Part shown: positions 56,381 to 64,000 of the stretch, in pieces
How the letters are laid out: each line of letters opens with the position of its first letter
Position numbering within the stretch: position 1 is the first letter of the stretch
Assembly: GCA_035543095.1 (NCBI GenBank)
Contig: DATKKB010000076.1
Span: 10,338 to 74,337, forward strand
Direction: 5' to 3'
DNA: 64,000 nt
Origin: Anaerolineaceae bacterium
Lineage (GTDB): Bacteria; Chloroflexota; Anaerolineae; Anaerolineales; Anaerolineaceae
Notes under the pieces: model-generated
The model's input: only the letters and a program-made list of their open reading frames with translations
The model's database searches: none
What the model was told of the DNA's origin: nothing
Program-made: the position numbers and the translations under genes

Positions 56381-57523
56381 TCAAATATTCCTTCGCAAAA
56401 AATCGAGTGAAGAATTTACAGCCCAGGAAAGTCCGTTTCCAGGCGCTCCGCCGTAAGTTCGTGTCTCTCCTAACCTTTTATCCGGCGTCTTTATAGCCAG
56501 GTGAAGGGTTTGTTTGGCGGTCCCAGCCTGGAATGAAACGGCATAATTAATTTCATCAGGGCCATTTTCTTCGTTTTCCAGTTGGTTTTGCAGAGCCAAT
56601 AGATCTGGAGAATCTGAGGCGGATTTGTTTTCAATAAAAAACAAGCCTGCAGCGCCCAGCCGCGCTGCGACCCGGCCCTGTACCCCATGTTCTATCATAT
56701 TCAATTTCCAGGCCTTTTTTTCGAATTTTGAAGCAATTACCTGCTCTAAGGTTTCTTCATCCTTCCCGAAAAGGTTGTCGCCGAGGCGCTTTTCGATTTC
56801 AGCTACCATTTCACTGATTTTTTGATCTGCCACCTCTTCTGAATCAGCTTTGACCGTCACGCGAATATCTACCTGGCCCGGCCTGGCAAGCAGGCCGACC
56901 GTTGGGTTAGCAAGCGTTTCCAGGTCTCCGACCCATTCGTCCACCTGGGATTCCCCAACTCCGGAAGTATGCAACACACAGGCTTTGATGATGCCGTGGA
57001 GATGGTAACGCAGGGTTAAATAAGGCAGGATTGTATTTTTGGCCAGGTATTCCATTTCTGGCGGTACGCCTGGCAGGCTAATGATTGCCTGGGTGTCCGT
57101 TTCGATGATGAATGCCGGCGCCGTACCGACCGGATTTTCAATTGCAATAGCTCCCTTAGGGATAAAAGCCTGCCGTCGGTTGTTTTCAGTAGGCGGGCGG
57201 TTATATCGTTTGAACCGTTCTTGTATCTGAGTCCATAAGTCCGGCCGAAATTCGAGCTCGACTCCTGCGGCCAGCGCAGCAGCCTGGCGGGTAGGGTCGT
57301 CGACGGTTGGACCGAGGCCGCCGGTAGTGATGATAATCTGGCAGCGCGCCAGGCTTTCTTGAATTGCCTGGGCAATACGCTCAACGTTATCCCCAACAAT
57401 TGACGTCCGGTACAGATCCACTCCGTGGTCCCTCAGCAATCGGGCCAGGTAGCGCGTGTTGGTATCCTGAATCTCGCCTAAAAGCAGCTCCGTTCCGATG
57501 GTAATGATCTCTGCTGCGGGCAT
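56381..57523 (-). CDS. cinA: CinA-family protein (MoCF-binding domain; divergent C-terminal domain)
   Basis: AEIITIGTELLLGEIQDTNTRYLA and TTGGLGPTVDDPT. Confidence 0.7.
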   Translation of the reverse strand: MPAAEIITIGTELLLGEIQDTNTRYLARLLRDHGVDLYRTSIVGDNVERIAQAIQESLARCQIIITTGGLGPTVDDPTRQAAALAAGVELEFRPDLWTQIQERFKRYNRPPTENNRRQAFIPKGAIAIENPVGTAPAFIIETDTQAIISLPGVPPEMEYLAKNTILPYLTLRYHLHGIIKACVLHTSGVGESQVDEWVGDLETLANPTVGLLARPGQVDIRVTVKADSEEVADQKISEMVAEIEKRLGDNLFGKDEETLEQVIASKFEKKAWKLNMIEHGVQGRVAARLGAAGLFFIENKSASDSPDLLALQNQLENEENGPDEINYAVSFQAGTAKQTLHLAIKTPDKRLGETRTYGGAPGNGLSWAVNSSLDFLRRNI

Positions 57524-57557
57524 AGCACCTCCGGTATTTTATTTTATCAGGGTTGGC

Positions 57558-58691
57558 TCATTGGTTGGAAGTCTTCCGGCGCAAAAATTGGCCAGGATCC
57601 AGGCAATTGTGTTCGGCGTTGCAGGCATACCTGCCTGCCAGCCCTTCGAAATTGACGGATGACGCTAATTCGTTTCGCAGCCCCTGGCGTGGGAGGACCA
57701 GGCTCGAATCGGGGCTGATCCAGGTGACATTTTTAAAGGTTTGCAGGAGCAGATTGTAAGAATCAAACGCTATCGCCGCCGTCATTTCTGGCGAATCGGG
57801 TGAAAGCTTAGCGCGCAGAATTCCCTCATCTGCGGGCAATGAATAAGTGATGGTTATCTTGCTATTTGAGATCAGCCTTTGAAAATCGGTTTTTTGTCTT
57901 AATTCCGGATCGAAAAAAACCAGGTTCAGATTTAGATGGGTTTCGGGCAAACCGGTCAGGCTGCCGGCATCTGCAGAAGACATTATGATGAATAAAGTGC
58001 TTGAGGCCGGTATTGAAATCGTTGATAAAGCGGAGAGGTCGTAATTGCCAATATCCAGATTTAAAATGATCCTGCAATCGTAGCCATACTTCTTACGTAC
58101 GTCGCAAAATTTTGTAGCAAATTCCTGGTCTGCAGGCCGATCCTCAACGACCAGGTAATCTGATAAACCTGCTGAGGGGCTCAATTTATCAATCTCTGCC
58201 GCGAGCGCGTCAATGGATGGATAAAGCGAGAACCAACCGGGTTCCAGGTTGAAATCACCCACTTGCCCAGGTGAGATCAGTGTAATTCCAGCGTCGCTGA
58301 TCATCTTTCCATAGATCTTCGCTTTGTCCTGGCAAATCGGTCCTAGAACGATCGCCAGGTCCGGGACGGCGGTCAAGGAGCTGGCCGTCTTTAGACGTTC
58401 CTGGGGGTTGCAAGGAGCATCCTGCAGGTAAAATTCGATCGGATGTCTCTCGAAGGTCGGATTGAGCGATTTGGCGTATTGTAGCCCTTCCAGAACAGCC
58501 TGGGTGATGATTTGTTCATCGCCGGTGATTGCCTTTTCGACTCCAATCAGGATAGGCTTTCCAGCCGGAATAATTATGCATCCCAGTGGATCGCCGCACC
58601 GTACAGCTTTTTGACAGCCTGCCAGCAACATCCCGGTAAGCAAAAGAATCGTGAACTTTGCCGCCAAGTATGTCGCCGACTGGTGCCTCAT
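57558..58691 (-). CDS. lipoprotein, probable type-1 periplasmic-binding-fold (LivK-like) solute-binding protein
   Basis: Lipobox LLAGC. The length and alternating pattern are consistent with Peripla_BP_6. No adjacent permease genes. Confidence 0.45.
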   Translation of the reverse strand: MRHQSATYLAAKFTILLLTGMLLAGCQKAVRCGDPLGCIIIPAGKPILIGVEKAITGDEQIITQAVLEGLQYAKSLNPTFERHPIEFYLQDAPCNPQERLKTASSLTAVPDLAIVLGPICQDKAKIYGKMISDAGITLISPGQVGDFNLEPGWFSLYPSIDALAAEIDKLSPSAGLSDYLVVEDRPADQEFATKFCDVRKKYGYDCRIILNLDIGNYDLSALSTISIPASSTLFIIMSSADAGSLTGLPETHLNLNLVFFDPELRQKTDFQRLISNSKITITYSLPADEGILRAKLSPDSPEMTAAIAFDSYNLLLQTFKNVTWISPDSSLVLPRQGLRNELASSVNFEGLAGRYACNAEHNCLDPGQFLRRKTSNQ

Positions 58692-58743
58692 TTTTTCCTC
58701 GTTTCAGCCTTTCTTTGTTATGATTAAGAATTGGGTCAATTAT

Positions 58744-59106
58744 ATGGCGAAAAATAAGAAAGAACTCGGAAATTGGGGAGAGAACCTGGCTGAATCTTAC
58801 CTGGCTGGTCGGGGTATTTCGATCCTGGGCCGGAATGTACGTACGAAATACGGCGAATTGGACATCATTGGAGCCTGCCAGGGCATGACGATTTTCTTTG
58901 AAGTGAAAACCCGGCAGTCGGAAACGTTTGGCAATCCAGAGGATGCAATATCGTCAGTAAAAAGAAGCCACCTGATTAATTCCGCTGAGTCATTTCTGCA
59001 AGACCATCCAGATTTGCCGGATCAATGGCGGATTGACGTAATCGCAATTAATCTTAAACGAGGAAAATCCCCAGAAATAGAATGGTTTGAAAATGCAGTT
59101 TCTTGA
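58744..59106 (+). CDS. yraN: YraN-family (UPF0102) endonuclease-like protein
   Basis: GNWGENLAESYLAGRGISILGRNVRTKYGELDIIG...FFEVKTR, the PD-(D/E)XK-like YraN signature. The start is at the ATG at 58744. Confidence 0.8.
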   Translation: MAKNKKELGNWGENLAESYLAGRGISILGRNVRTKYGELDIIGACQGMTIFFEVKTRQSETFGNPEDAISSVKRSHLINSAESFLQDHPDLPDQWRIDVIAINLKRGKSPEIEWFENAVS

Positions 59107-60046
59107 CAATCCCGATCCGCTCATTGTGATCGTGGGTCCAACAGCCGTTGGTAAAACAGTCCTGGCGATTGAAGTCGCCGGTCGGTTGGCCGGTGAAATT
59201 GTCTCGGCCGATTCACGCCAGTTTTACAGTGGTATGGATATCGGAACGGCCAAGCCGGGTCAGCAAGAAATGCAGACCATACCGCATCATTTGATAGATA
59301 TTGCAGAGCCTGACCAGCCTCTTAGTCTGGTCGCTTTTCAGGAGGCAGCCCGGAATGCAATTGCATCCATCCATGCCAGGAACCACCTTCCTTTCCTGGT
59401 AGGCGGTACCGGGCAGTACATCCAGGCAGTTTTGGAAGGCTGGCAGGCGCCTCAGCAGCCACCTGATCTCACCATGCGGCGCATCCTTGAAGAGTGGGGG
59501 AGAGAAATCGGGCCAGAACAGCTCTACCAGCGCTTGCGTCTTTTGGACGCCGAAGCTGCCAGTCACATCGAGCCGCGCAATTTGCGCCGGATCGTGCGCG
59601 CCCTGGAAGTTATTTTTACTACTGGTAGACCGTTCTCGCAGCAGAAGACAAGAGCTACTTCGCCATATTCACTTTGCATCATCGGCCTCAAGCTGCCGCG
59701 CCCCGAATTATATCAGAGGGTGGATGCCAGGATTGATCGGATGGTTGAAAACGGGCTGCTGGATGAAGTCAGGCTGCTCCTGCAAAAAGGTTATTCACCG
59801 GATTCTCCGCCCTTTTCAGCAATTGGCTACCGCGAAATGGTTTTCGTCATTCGAGGGGAAAAGACTATGGCTGAAGCTGTAGCATCCATGAAACGATTGA
59901 CGCGCCAGTACATCCGCCGCCAATCCAACTGGTTTAAACAAGCCGATCCCAAAATTCACTGGTTTGATGCGCGTGAAATCGCTGCGGATGACATCATCCG
60001 CTGCATCCAAAATAGCGAAAGCTGGATCAGAAAACCGGAAAAATAA
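59087..60046 (+). CDS. miaA: tRNA dimethylallyltransferase
   Basis: P-loop IVGPTAVGKT, SADSRQFYSGMDIGTAKP and the HHLID motif. Confidence 0.9.
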   Translation: MKMQFLDNPDPLIVIVGPTAVGKTVLAIEVAGRLAGEIVSADSRQFYSGMDIGTAKPGQQEMQTIPHHLIDIAEPDQPLSLVAFQEAARNAIASIHARNHLPFLVGGTGQYIQAVLEGWQAPQQPPDLTMRRILEEWGREIGPEQLYQRLRLLDAEAASHIEPRNLRRIVRALEVIFTTGRPFSQQKTRATSPYSLCIIGLKLPRPELYQRVDARIDRMVENGLLDEVRLLLQKGYSPDSPPFSAIGYREMVFVIRGEKTMAEAVASMKRLTRQYIRRQSNWFKQADPKIHWFDAREIAADDIIRCIQNSESWIRKPEK

Positions 60047-60047
60047 C

Positions 60048-60097
60048 AACTGATAAGAAAACCCCCGAAATCATTTTCGGGGGTTTTCTTATCAGTT
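60048..60097. terminator. 23-bp perfect-stem bidirectional terminator
   Basis: AACTGATAAGAAAACCCCCGAAA-TCAT-TTTCGGGGGTTTTCTTATCAGTT. It begins 2 nt after the miaA stop, and the ftsH stop codon lies within its 3' arm. Confidence 0.7.
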
Positions 60098-61990
60098 GTT
60101 ATTATTGTTCTTGTTGTTATTGTTATTGCCCGAGCCGACAGGGGTGGGTGTGTACGTCGTTTTTTTCGTTGGAGGCGGATAAATCTCCTCGAACTCTTCC
60201 CTCGAAATCGTTTCAACTTCGATCAGGCGTTGGGCCACGGCATCCAGCTTGTCGCGATGTTCGAGCAGGATGCTGCGAGCCCGGTCGTACGCTTCGCTGA
60301 CCAGGATGCGCACTTCGTGATCGATCTTTTCAGCGATTGCTTCAGAATAATCCCGCTGCTCGGATATCTCTCGGCCCAGGAAGATCAGTTCTTCCTTCTG
60401 ACCGTAAACCATCGGCCCCATTTCTTCGCTCATTCCCAGCCGGGTCACCATGTTGCGAGCCAACTGAGTCACCCGTTCTATGTCGTTGGAGGCGCCGGAG
60501 GTGATATCGTCGAAAACAATCTCTTCGGCAGCTCTTCCGCCCAGCAGGCCGATCATATCGGCAATGATTTTCCGGCGTGCAATCAGGGTGCGATCTTCTT
60601 CAGGCAATGACAGCGTGAAACCGCCCATCATCCCGCGCGCAATGATGGAAACCTTTTGGACCGGGTCCGTTTCCGGCAGGCTGTTGATGACCACGGCATG
60701 TCCTGCTTCGTGATAAGCCACAATCCGTTTTTCGGATTGGCTGATCAGCCGGCTCTTGCGCTCTGGTCCCGCAATCACCCGTTCGATCGATTCTTCGAAT
60801 TCGGATTGCATGATGATTTTCTTATTGCGGCGGGCAGCCAGGATGGCGGCTTCATTGACCAGGTTTTCCAGGTCGGCGCCGACAAAGCCAGGGGTTGATC
60901 TGGCAATAATCGAAAGGTTTACGTCAGGATGAAGTGGCTTGCCCTTCACGTGGACCTTAAGGATCGCCTCGCGACCGCGTACGTCCGGGCGATCGAGCAC
61001 CACCCGGCGGTCGAAGCGTCCTGGACGCAGTAAAGCCGGGTCGAGAATGTCCGGGCGGTTCGTGGCTGCCATGATGATGATATTCGTATCTGTATCGAAG
61101 CCATCCATTTCAACCAGCATCTGGTTGAGAGTTTGCTCGCGTTCGTCATGGCTGCCGCCCAGGCCAGCGCCGCGCTGGCGTCCGACAGCATCGATTTCGT
61201 CGACGAATACAATGCAGGGTGAATGCCGTTTGGCCTGGTCGAACAGGTCGCGCACCCGGCTCGCGCCGACGCCTACAAACATTTCCACGAATTCCGAGCC
61301 GGAAATGGAGAAGAAAGGCACGCCTGCTTCGCCGGAGACTGCTTTCGCAAGCAGGGTCTTGCCCGTTCCTGGCGGGCCAACCAGCAGAACGCCTTTCGGA
61401 ATGCGCGCCCCTAGGGCGATAAACTTCTGCGGTTCACGCAGGAATTCAACGACTTCTTTCAATTCCTCTTTCGATTCATCAACCCCGGCGACGTCTTCAA
61501 AGGTCACCGTCGGCTGGTCGCCCGAAAACATGCGCGCCCGGCTCTTACCGAAGGAAAGTGCTGCGTTATTGCTGCCCTGGGCCTGGCGAAAGATGAAGAA
61601 GAAAGCGGCTCCCAACAGGAGGAACGGCAGCACGTATCCGAGGATGGATAGGATATTAATCCACGGGCTCGGCGGCTTGATCTCGATGTTGACCTTGCTC
61701 GGCGCCAGTTGGTCCGCCGTTACACCAAGCTGGGTCAACTGCTGTACGAGCGTGGCTGAAGGCTCTTTCGTCGAAGATTTTTGAGTTCCATCCTTCATCA
61801 CAACTGTAAGGTGCGTATCGTCCTGGATACTGATCCTGGCTATCGTACTATTCTCAATGCCTGCCGCGACTTCATTGATTCCCATAGCGCTCTGGCTGCC
61901 GGTGGATGAACTGAAGTTATAGACCAACATTGCTATGATGGCAATTAATAAGAGAAGGTAAATAATATACGATTGGTTACGTGAACTCAC
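60092..61990 (-). CDS. ftsH: ATP-dependent zinc metalloprotease FtsH
   Basis: Two TM segments, Walker [17 protein letters not shown] and Zn site HEAGHA. The C-terminal tail is [11 protein letters not shown]. Confidence 0.95.
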   Translation of the reverse strand: MSSRNQSYIIYLLLLIAIIAMLVYNFSSSTGSQSAMGINEVAAGIENSTIARISIQDDTHLTVVMKDGTQKSSTKEPSATLVQQLTQLGVTADQLAPSKVNIEIKPPSPWINILSILGYVLPFLLLGAAFFFIFRQAQGSNNAALSFGKSRARMFSGDQPTVTFEDVAGVDESKEELKEVVEFLREPQKFIALGARIPKGVLLVGPPGTGKTLLAKAVSGEAGVPFFSISGSEFVEMFVGVGASRVRDLFDQAKRHSPCIVFVDEIDAVGRQRGAGLGGSHDEREQTLNQMLVEMDGFDTDTNIIIMAATNRPDILDPALLRPGRFDRRVVLDRPDVRGREAILKVHVKGKPLHPDVNLSIIARSTPGFVGADLENLVNEAAILAARRNKKIIMQSEFEESIERVIAGPERKSRLISQSEKRIVAYHEAGHAVVINSLPETDPVQKVSIIARGMMGGFTLSLPEEDRTLIARRKIIADMIGLLGGRAAEEIVFDDITSGASNDIERVTQLARNMVTRLGMSEEMGPMVYGQKEELIFLGREISEQRDYSEAIAEKIDHEVRILVSEAYDRARSILLEHRDKLDAVAQRLIEVETISREEFEEIYPPPTKKTTYTPTPVGSGNNNNNKNNNNN

Positions 61991-62215
61991 GAAAACCTCC
62001 TACTTCCATCCATAAGCATTTCGCTTAATAATGTTCCTGGCATACATTCTTCAAGAGGAGGGATCGTTTTGTTTTTTGTTGGACGATGCCAGCACAAAAA
62101 ACACAACCCCCCGCTCGATAGTTATGATACTTCTAATATGATTATACCAATCAAAATGGGCAGAATCTAGCTTTTTTATAAAGATATTATAAAAAATTAA
62201 GAATACTCTTAGCTC

Positions 62216-63430
62216 TTAAACCCCACTTTTTCTAATTCGCCGCACAGTCTCAAAAGCCTGGTGGATGTGGGTTCGATCATGGGTAGAAATAAATCCTGCC
62301 AGCTCCACCAATTGAGTCGGCCCAAAAATGGTGTGCCGGGCCGGCAGTTTCCAACTTTGCTCGTCCAGATTTCCTAAAAGCTGGATCAGTTCTGTCCGGG
62401 TATCCAGAAAAAAAGCCAGGCCATTTTGTCCGTCCTGGTGCAGGTAATCCCTCTCCTCCGCCCAGATATCCGTCACAACGCCGGGTATGAATGGATTCTG
62501 GCCAGAGGACACCAATTTTATACGGGGCAAATTTACCTCACGGTCCACGTCCCTTAAATGACAGGCAATTTCAGTTAATGACCATTCGTTATCGGATGGC
62601 CTGCGACTCCATTCTTCCCTTGACAAATTTGCCGTCAGCGTTTGCAATGCAGCCGGAGTCGATTTTAGAATTGCCAGGATGGATGCCGGGGTTGAGAACT
62701 GCATATCAACCGGCTGTTTCTTGAGCGTCTTCAGCCAGGGCACAACGTCTGCCAGCCTGCCTTTTGAGCTCAACGAGTGCAGTCCGGCTGGAAGCATCTC
62801 GCGGTTTTCGCTGATCCAGAATGCTGGAATCCCTAGTTTACCCGCCGGAATAATTTCCTCTTCTAAACGATCGCCGATCATTACTGCAGGTTGGTCTGGC
62901 CATCCCATCTGGGCCAGGATTTCGGCCAGGTAGGCCGAATGGGGCTTGCTGAAATGAAATTCTTCGAATGAAGTGACGAGCTTGAAAGGATACCGCTCGA
63001 CCGGTAGGCCGGCCCAGGCCAGCCTTTGCAGAATGGCGGTTCGTGGAAAGACGGGATTCGTTGCGATCGCCACCAGATAATTTTTTTCGAACAGATACTC
63101 CATTACTCTCACGGCTTCAGGTCGAGGCGACGTCAGGCCTTGCAGCGAAGGGAATTCATCCCGATAGAAAGACTCGATTTTTTCCTTCAGAGCATCTTTG
63201 TCAACCCCCAGGCCGCGGTAAAAAACCTCGTCGAACACCTCCATAAGCGTTTTTGCGGGCGTGTTTTTCGCGATCATGGCTCTGGTGCCTGCCAGGAGCT
63301 CGTAAATAACTTTTTCTGATGGCCAATCCGGGAGGTAGTTGCTGAGTTTCTGCAAATATGCCGGGATGAACCGGTCCATGTCATTAGAAATCAGGGTATT
63401 GTCCAGGTCAATCAGTATTGTCAGGCTCAT
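62216..63430 (-). CDS. fusion: HAD-superfamily hydrolase plus DinB-like four-helix-bundle domain
   Basis: 404 aa. HAD motif I LIDLDNTL and motif IV MIGDRLEEE. The C-terminal ~150 aa (EWSLTEIACHLRDVDREV ... FISTHDRTHIHQ) matches the DinB_2 His pattern. Confidence 0.55.
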   Translation of the reverse strand: MSLTILIDLDNTLISNDMDRFIPAYLQKLSNYLPDWPSEKVIYELLAGTRAMIAKNTPAKTLMEVFDEVFYRGLGVDKDALKEKIESFYRDEFPSLQGLTSPRPEAVRVMEYLFEKNYLVAIATNPVFPRTAILQRLAWAGLPVERYPFKLVTSFEEFHFSKPHSAYLAEILAQMGWPDQPAVMIGDRLEEEIIPAGKLGIPAFWISENREMLPAGLHSLSSKGRLADVVPWLKTLKKQPVDMQFSTPASILAILKSTPAALQTLTANLSREEWSRRPSDNEWSLTEIACHLRDVDREVNLPRIKLVSSGQNPFIPGVVTDIWAEERDYLHQDGQNGLAFFLDTRTELIQLLGNLDEQSWKLPARHTIFGPTQLVELAGFISTHDRTHIHQAFETVRRIRKSGV

Positions 63431-63762
63431 TCAGGTTTTTCCACCACGATTGCTGGAAATTCATGACAGTGACCACAACCTATTTCGGGCTCCTGCACCT
63501 CTTGGTGAACTAACCTGCAAAATGCAGCCACGTGAACTCTCCGGTTGAGTCCGAGCATTTTCCGTTCAACTTTCCCGGTCAGGATCATGTTTGGACAGGC
63601 ATTGGCGCGCATGATCGCTGGCGCCGGGCATGTTTTGCACAGGGCTGGGGTCCAGTTATCAGGCGGGCGCTGTTCGCCAATCAAGCGGCATTCTTCATCT
63701 TTACGGCCGCGAAAATAATTACCGTAAAAAAAAGGGCACTCGATTCCTGCAGGGGTACGCAT
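63427..63762 (-). CDS. small Cys-rich protein (9 Cys), unknown function
   Basis: 111 aa with CPFF...ECRL...CKTCPAP...ACPN...CGHCHEF. Its stop overlaps the start of the HAD-DinB gene by 4 nt. Confidence 0.4.
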   Translation of the reverse strand: MRTPAGIECPFFYGNYFRGRKDEECRLIGEQRPPDNWTPALCKTCPAPAIMRANACPNMILTGKVERKMLGLNRRVHVAAFCRLVHQEVQEPEIGCGHCHEFPAIVVEKPE

Positions 63763-63842
63763 TCTTTGTCCGGTTTCTAAAAAAATGTCCCCAGGTCTGG
63801 GGACTTAGGTTAAATCATTAATTGATCGTCGCCAAAACTTAA

Positions 63843-64000
63843 TTATGCGGTAACGCGCGTCACGTATGTGCCGTCCCGCGTGTCGACTCGAATTACGTCC
63901 CCTTCGGAAACGAAATAGGGAACATCCACGACTGCTCCGGTCTCTACGGTTACACGCTTGGTCACACCGGTTGCGGTATCTCCGCGAACCGCTGCCTCGG
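63843..64000 (-). CDS. efp: elongation factor P, C-terminal part (5' end outside the window)
   Basis: My own translation of the minus strand gives ...[51 protein letters not shown]. This is the characteristic EF-P domain III ending. The stop is at 63843-63845. Confidence 0.8.
   Translation of the reverse strand, partial: EAAVRGDTATGVTKRVTVETGAVVDVPYFVSEGDVIRVDTRDGTYVTRVTA

Noticed and set aside
60939-61784. 281-aa ORF antisense to ftsH. Similar long antisense ORFs occur at 42606-43301, 55353-55943, 39777-40319, 37736-38272 and 31559-32119.
   Set aside because: Each lies entirely inside a confidently identified gene on the other strand. Their translations are low-complexity (Arg/Ser/Pro/Ala-rich) with no recognisable motifs. 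These are typical shadow ORFs in moderately GC-rich coding DNA.
61991-62215. AT-rich imperfect hairpin (GTTTTGTTTTTTGT...ACAAAAAACACAAC) in the ftsH upstream region, considered as a riboswitch or leader.
   Set aside because: The stem is weak and AT-only with a mismatch, and it resembles no riboswitch class I know. It is most simply a weak terminator for the upstream HAD-DinB gene.

Overview
This is a dense, almost gap-free chromosomal segment with about 60 CDS, one tRNA-Leu(GAG) and several hairpin terminators. I saw no rRNA, transposase, integrase, CRISPR array or prophage. The protein repertoire and gene style (many 4-nt overlaps, TTG/GTG starts, tandem GT-C membrane glycosyltransferases, PPi- and polyP-type glycolytic kinases) look like a non-phototrophic Chloroflexota (Anaerolineae-like) genome; that taxonomy is inference only. 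Most of the content is housekeeping: rsmD, scpB, rluB, plsX, a polyprenyl synthase, tatD, PGM/PMM, cysteine desulfurase with mnmA and trmI, L25, msrPQ, ruvX-mltG, ppgK, an aspartase-type lyase, ferredoxin, SOD, glgA-glgC-malQ, cinA, yraN, miaA, ftsH and the efp 3' end. The most unusual feature is a translationally coupled four-gene module on the minus strand (29447-36952). It encodes a degenerate Walker-A helicase-like protein, a complete UvrD-type SF1 helicase with no nuclease domain, a stand-alone Cas4/AddB-type Fe-S PD-(D/E)XK nuclease and a long RecJ. I read it as a disassembled AddAB-like DNA-end-processing machine physically joined to msrPQ upstream, but I cannot confirm that without searches. 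Other items worth a second look:
- three domain fusions: GHMP sugar kinase with a GalU-like nucleotidyltransferase, an MtaD-type deaminase with a CYTH domain, and HAD with DinB;
- a tandem about 100-bp intergenic repeat whose long hairpins differ only by compensatory changes;
- a truncated URO-D-like pseudogene next to an orphan ChlI-like AAA+ ATPase;
- a membrane-anchored, possibly baseplate-J-like protein in the ruvX-mltG operon;
- an envelope glycosylation gene set (three GT-C proteins, GtrA, UDP-xylose synthase).

All family calls rest on motifs I recognise by eye in the supplied translations. No database search was possible.
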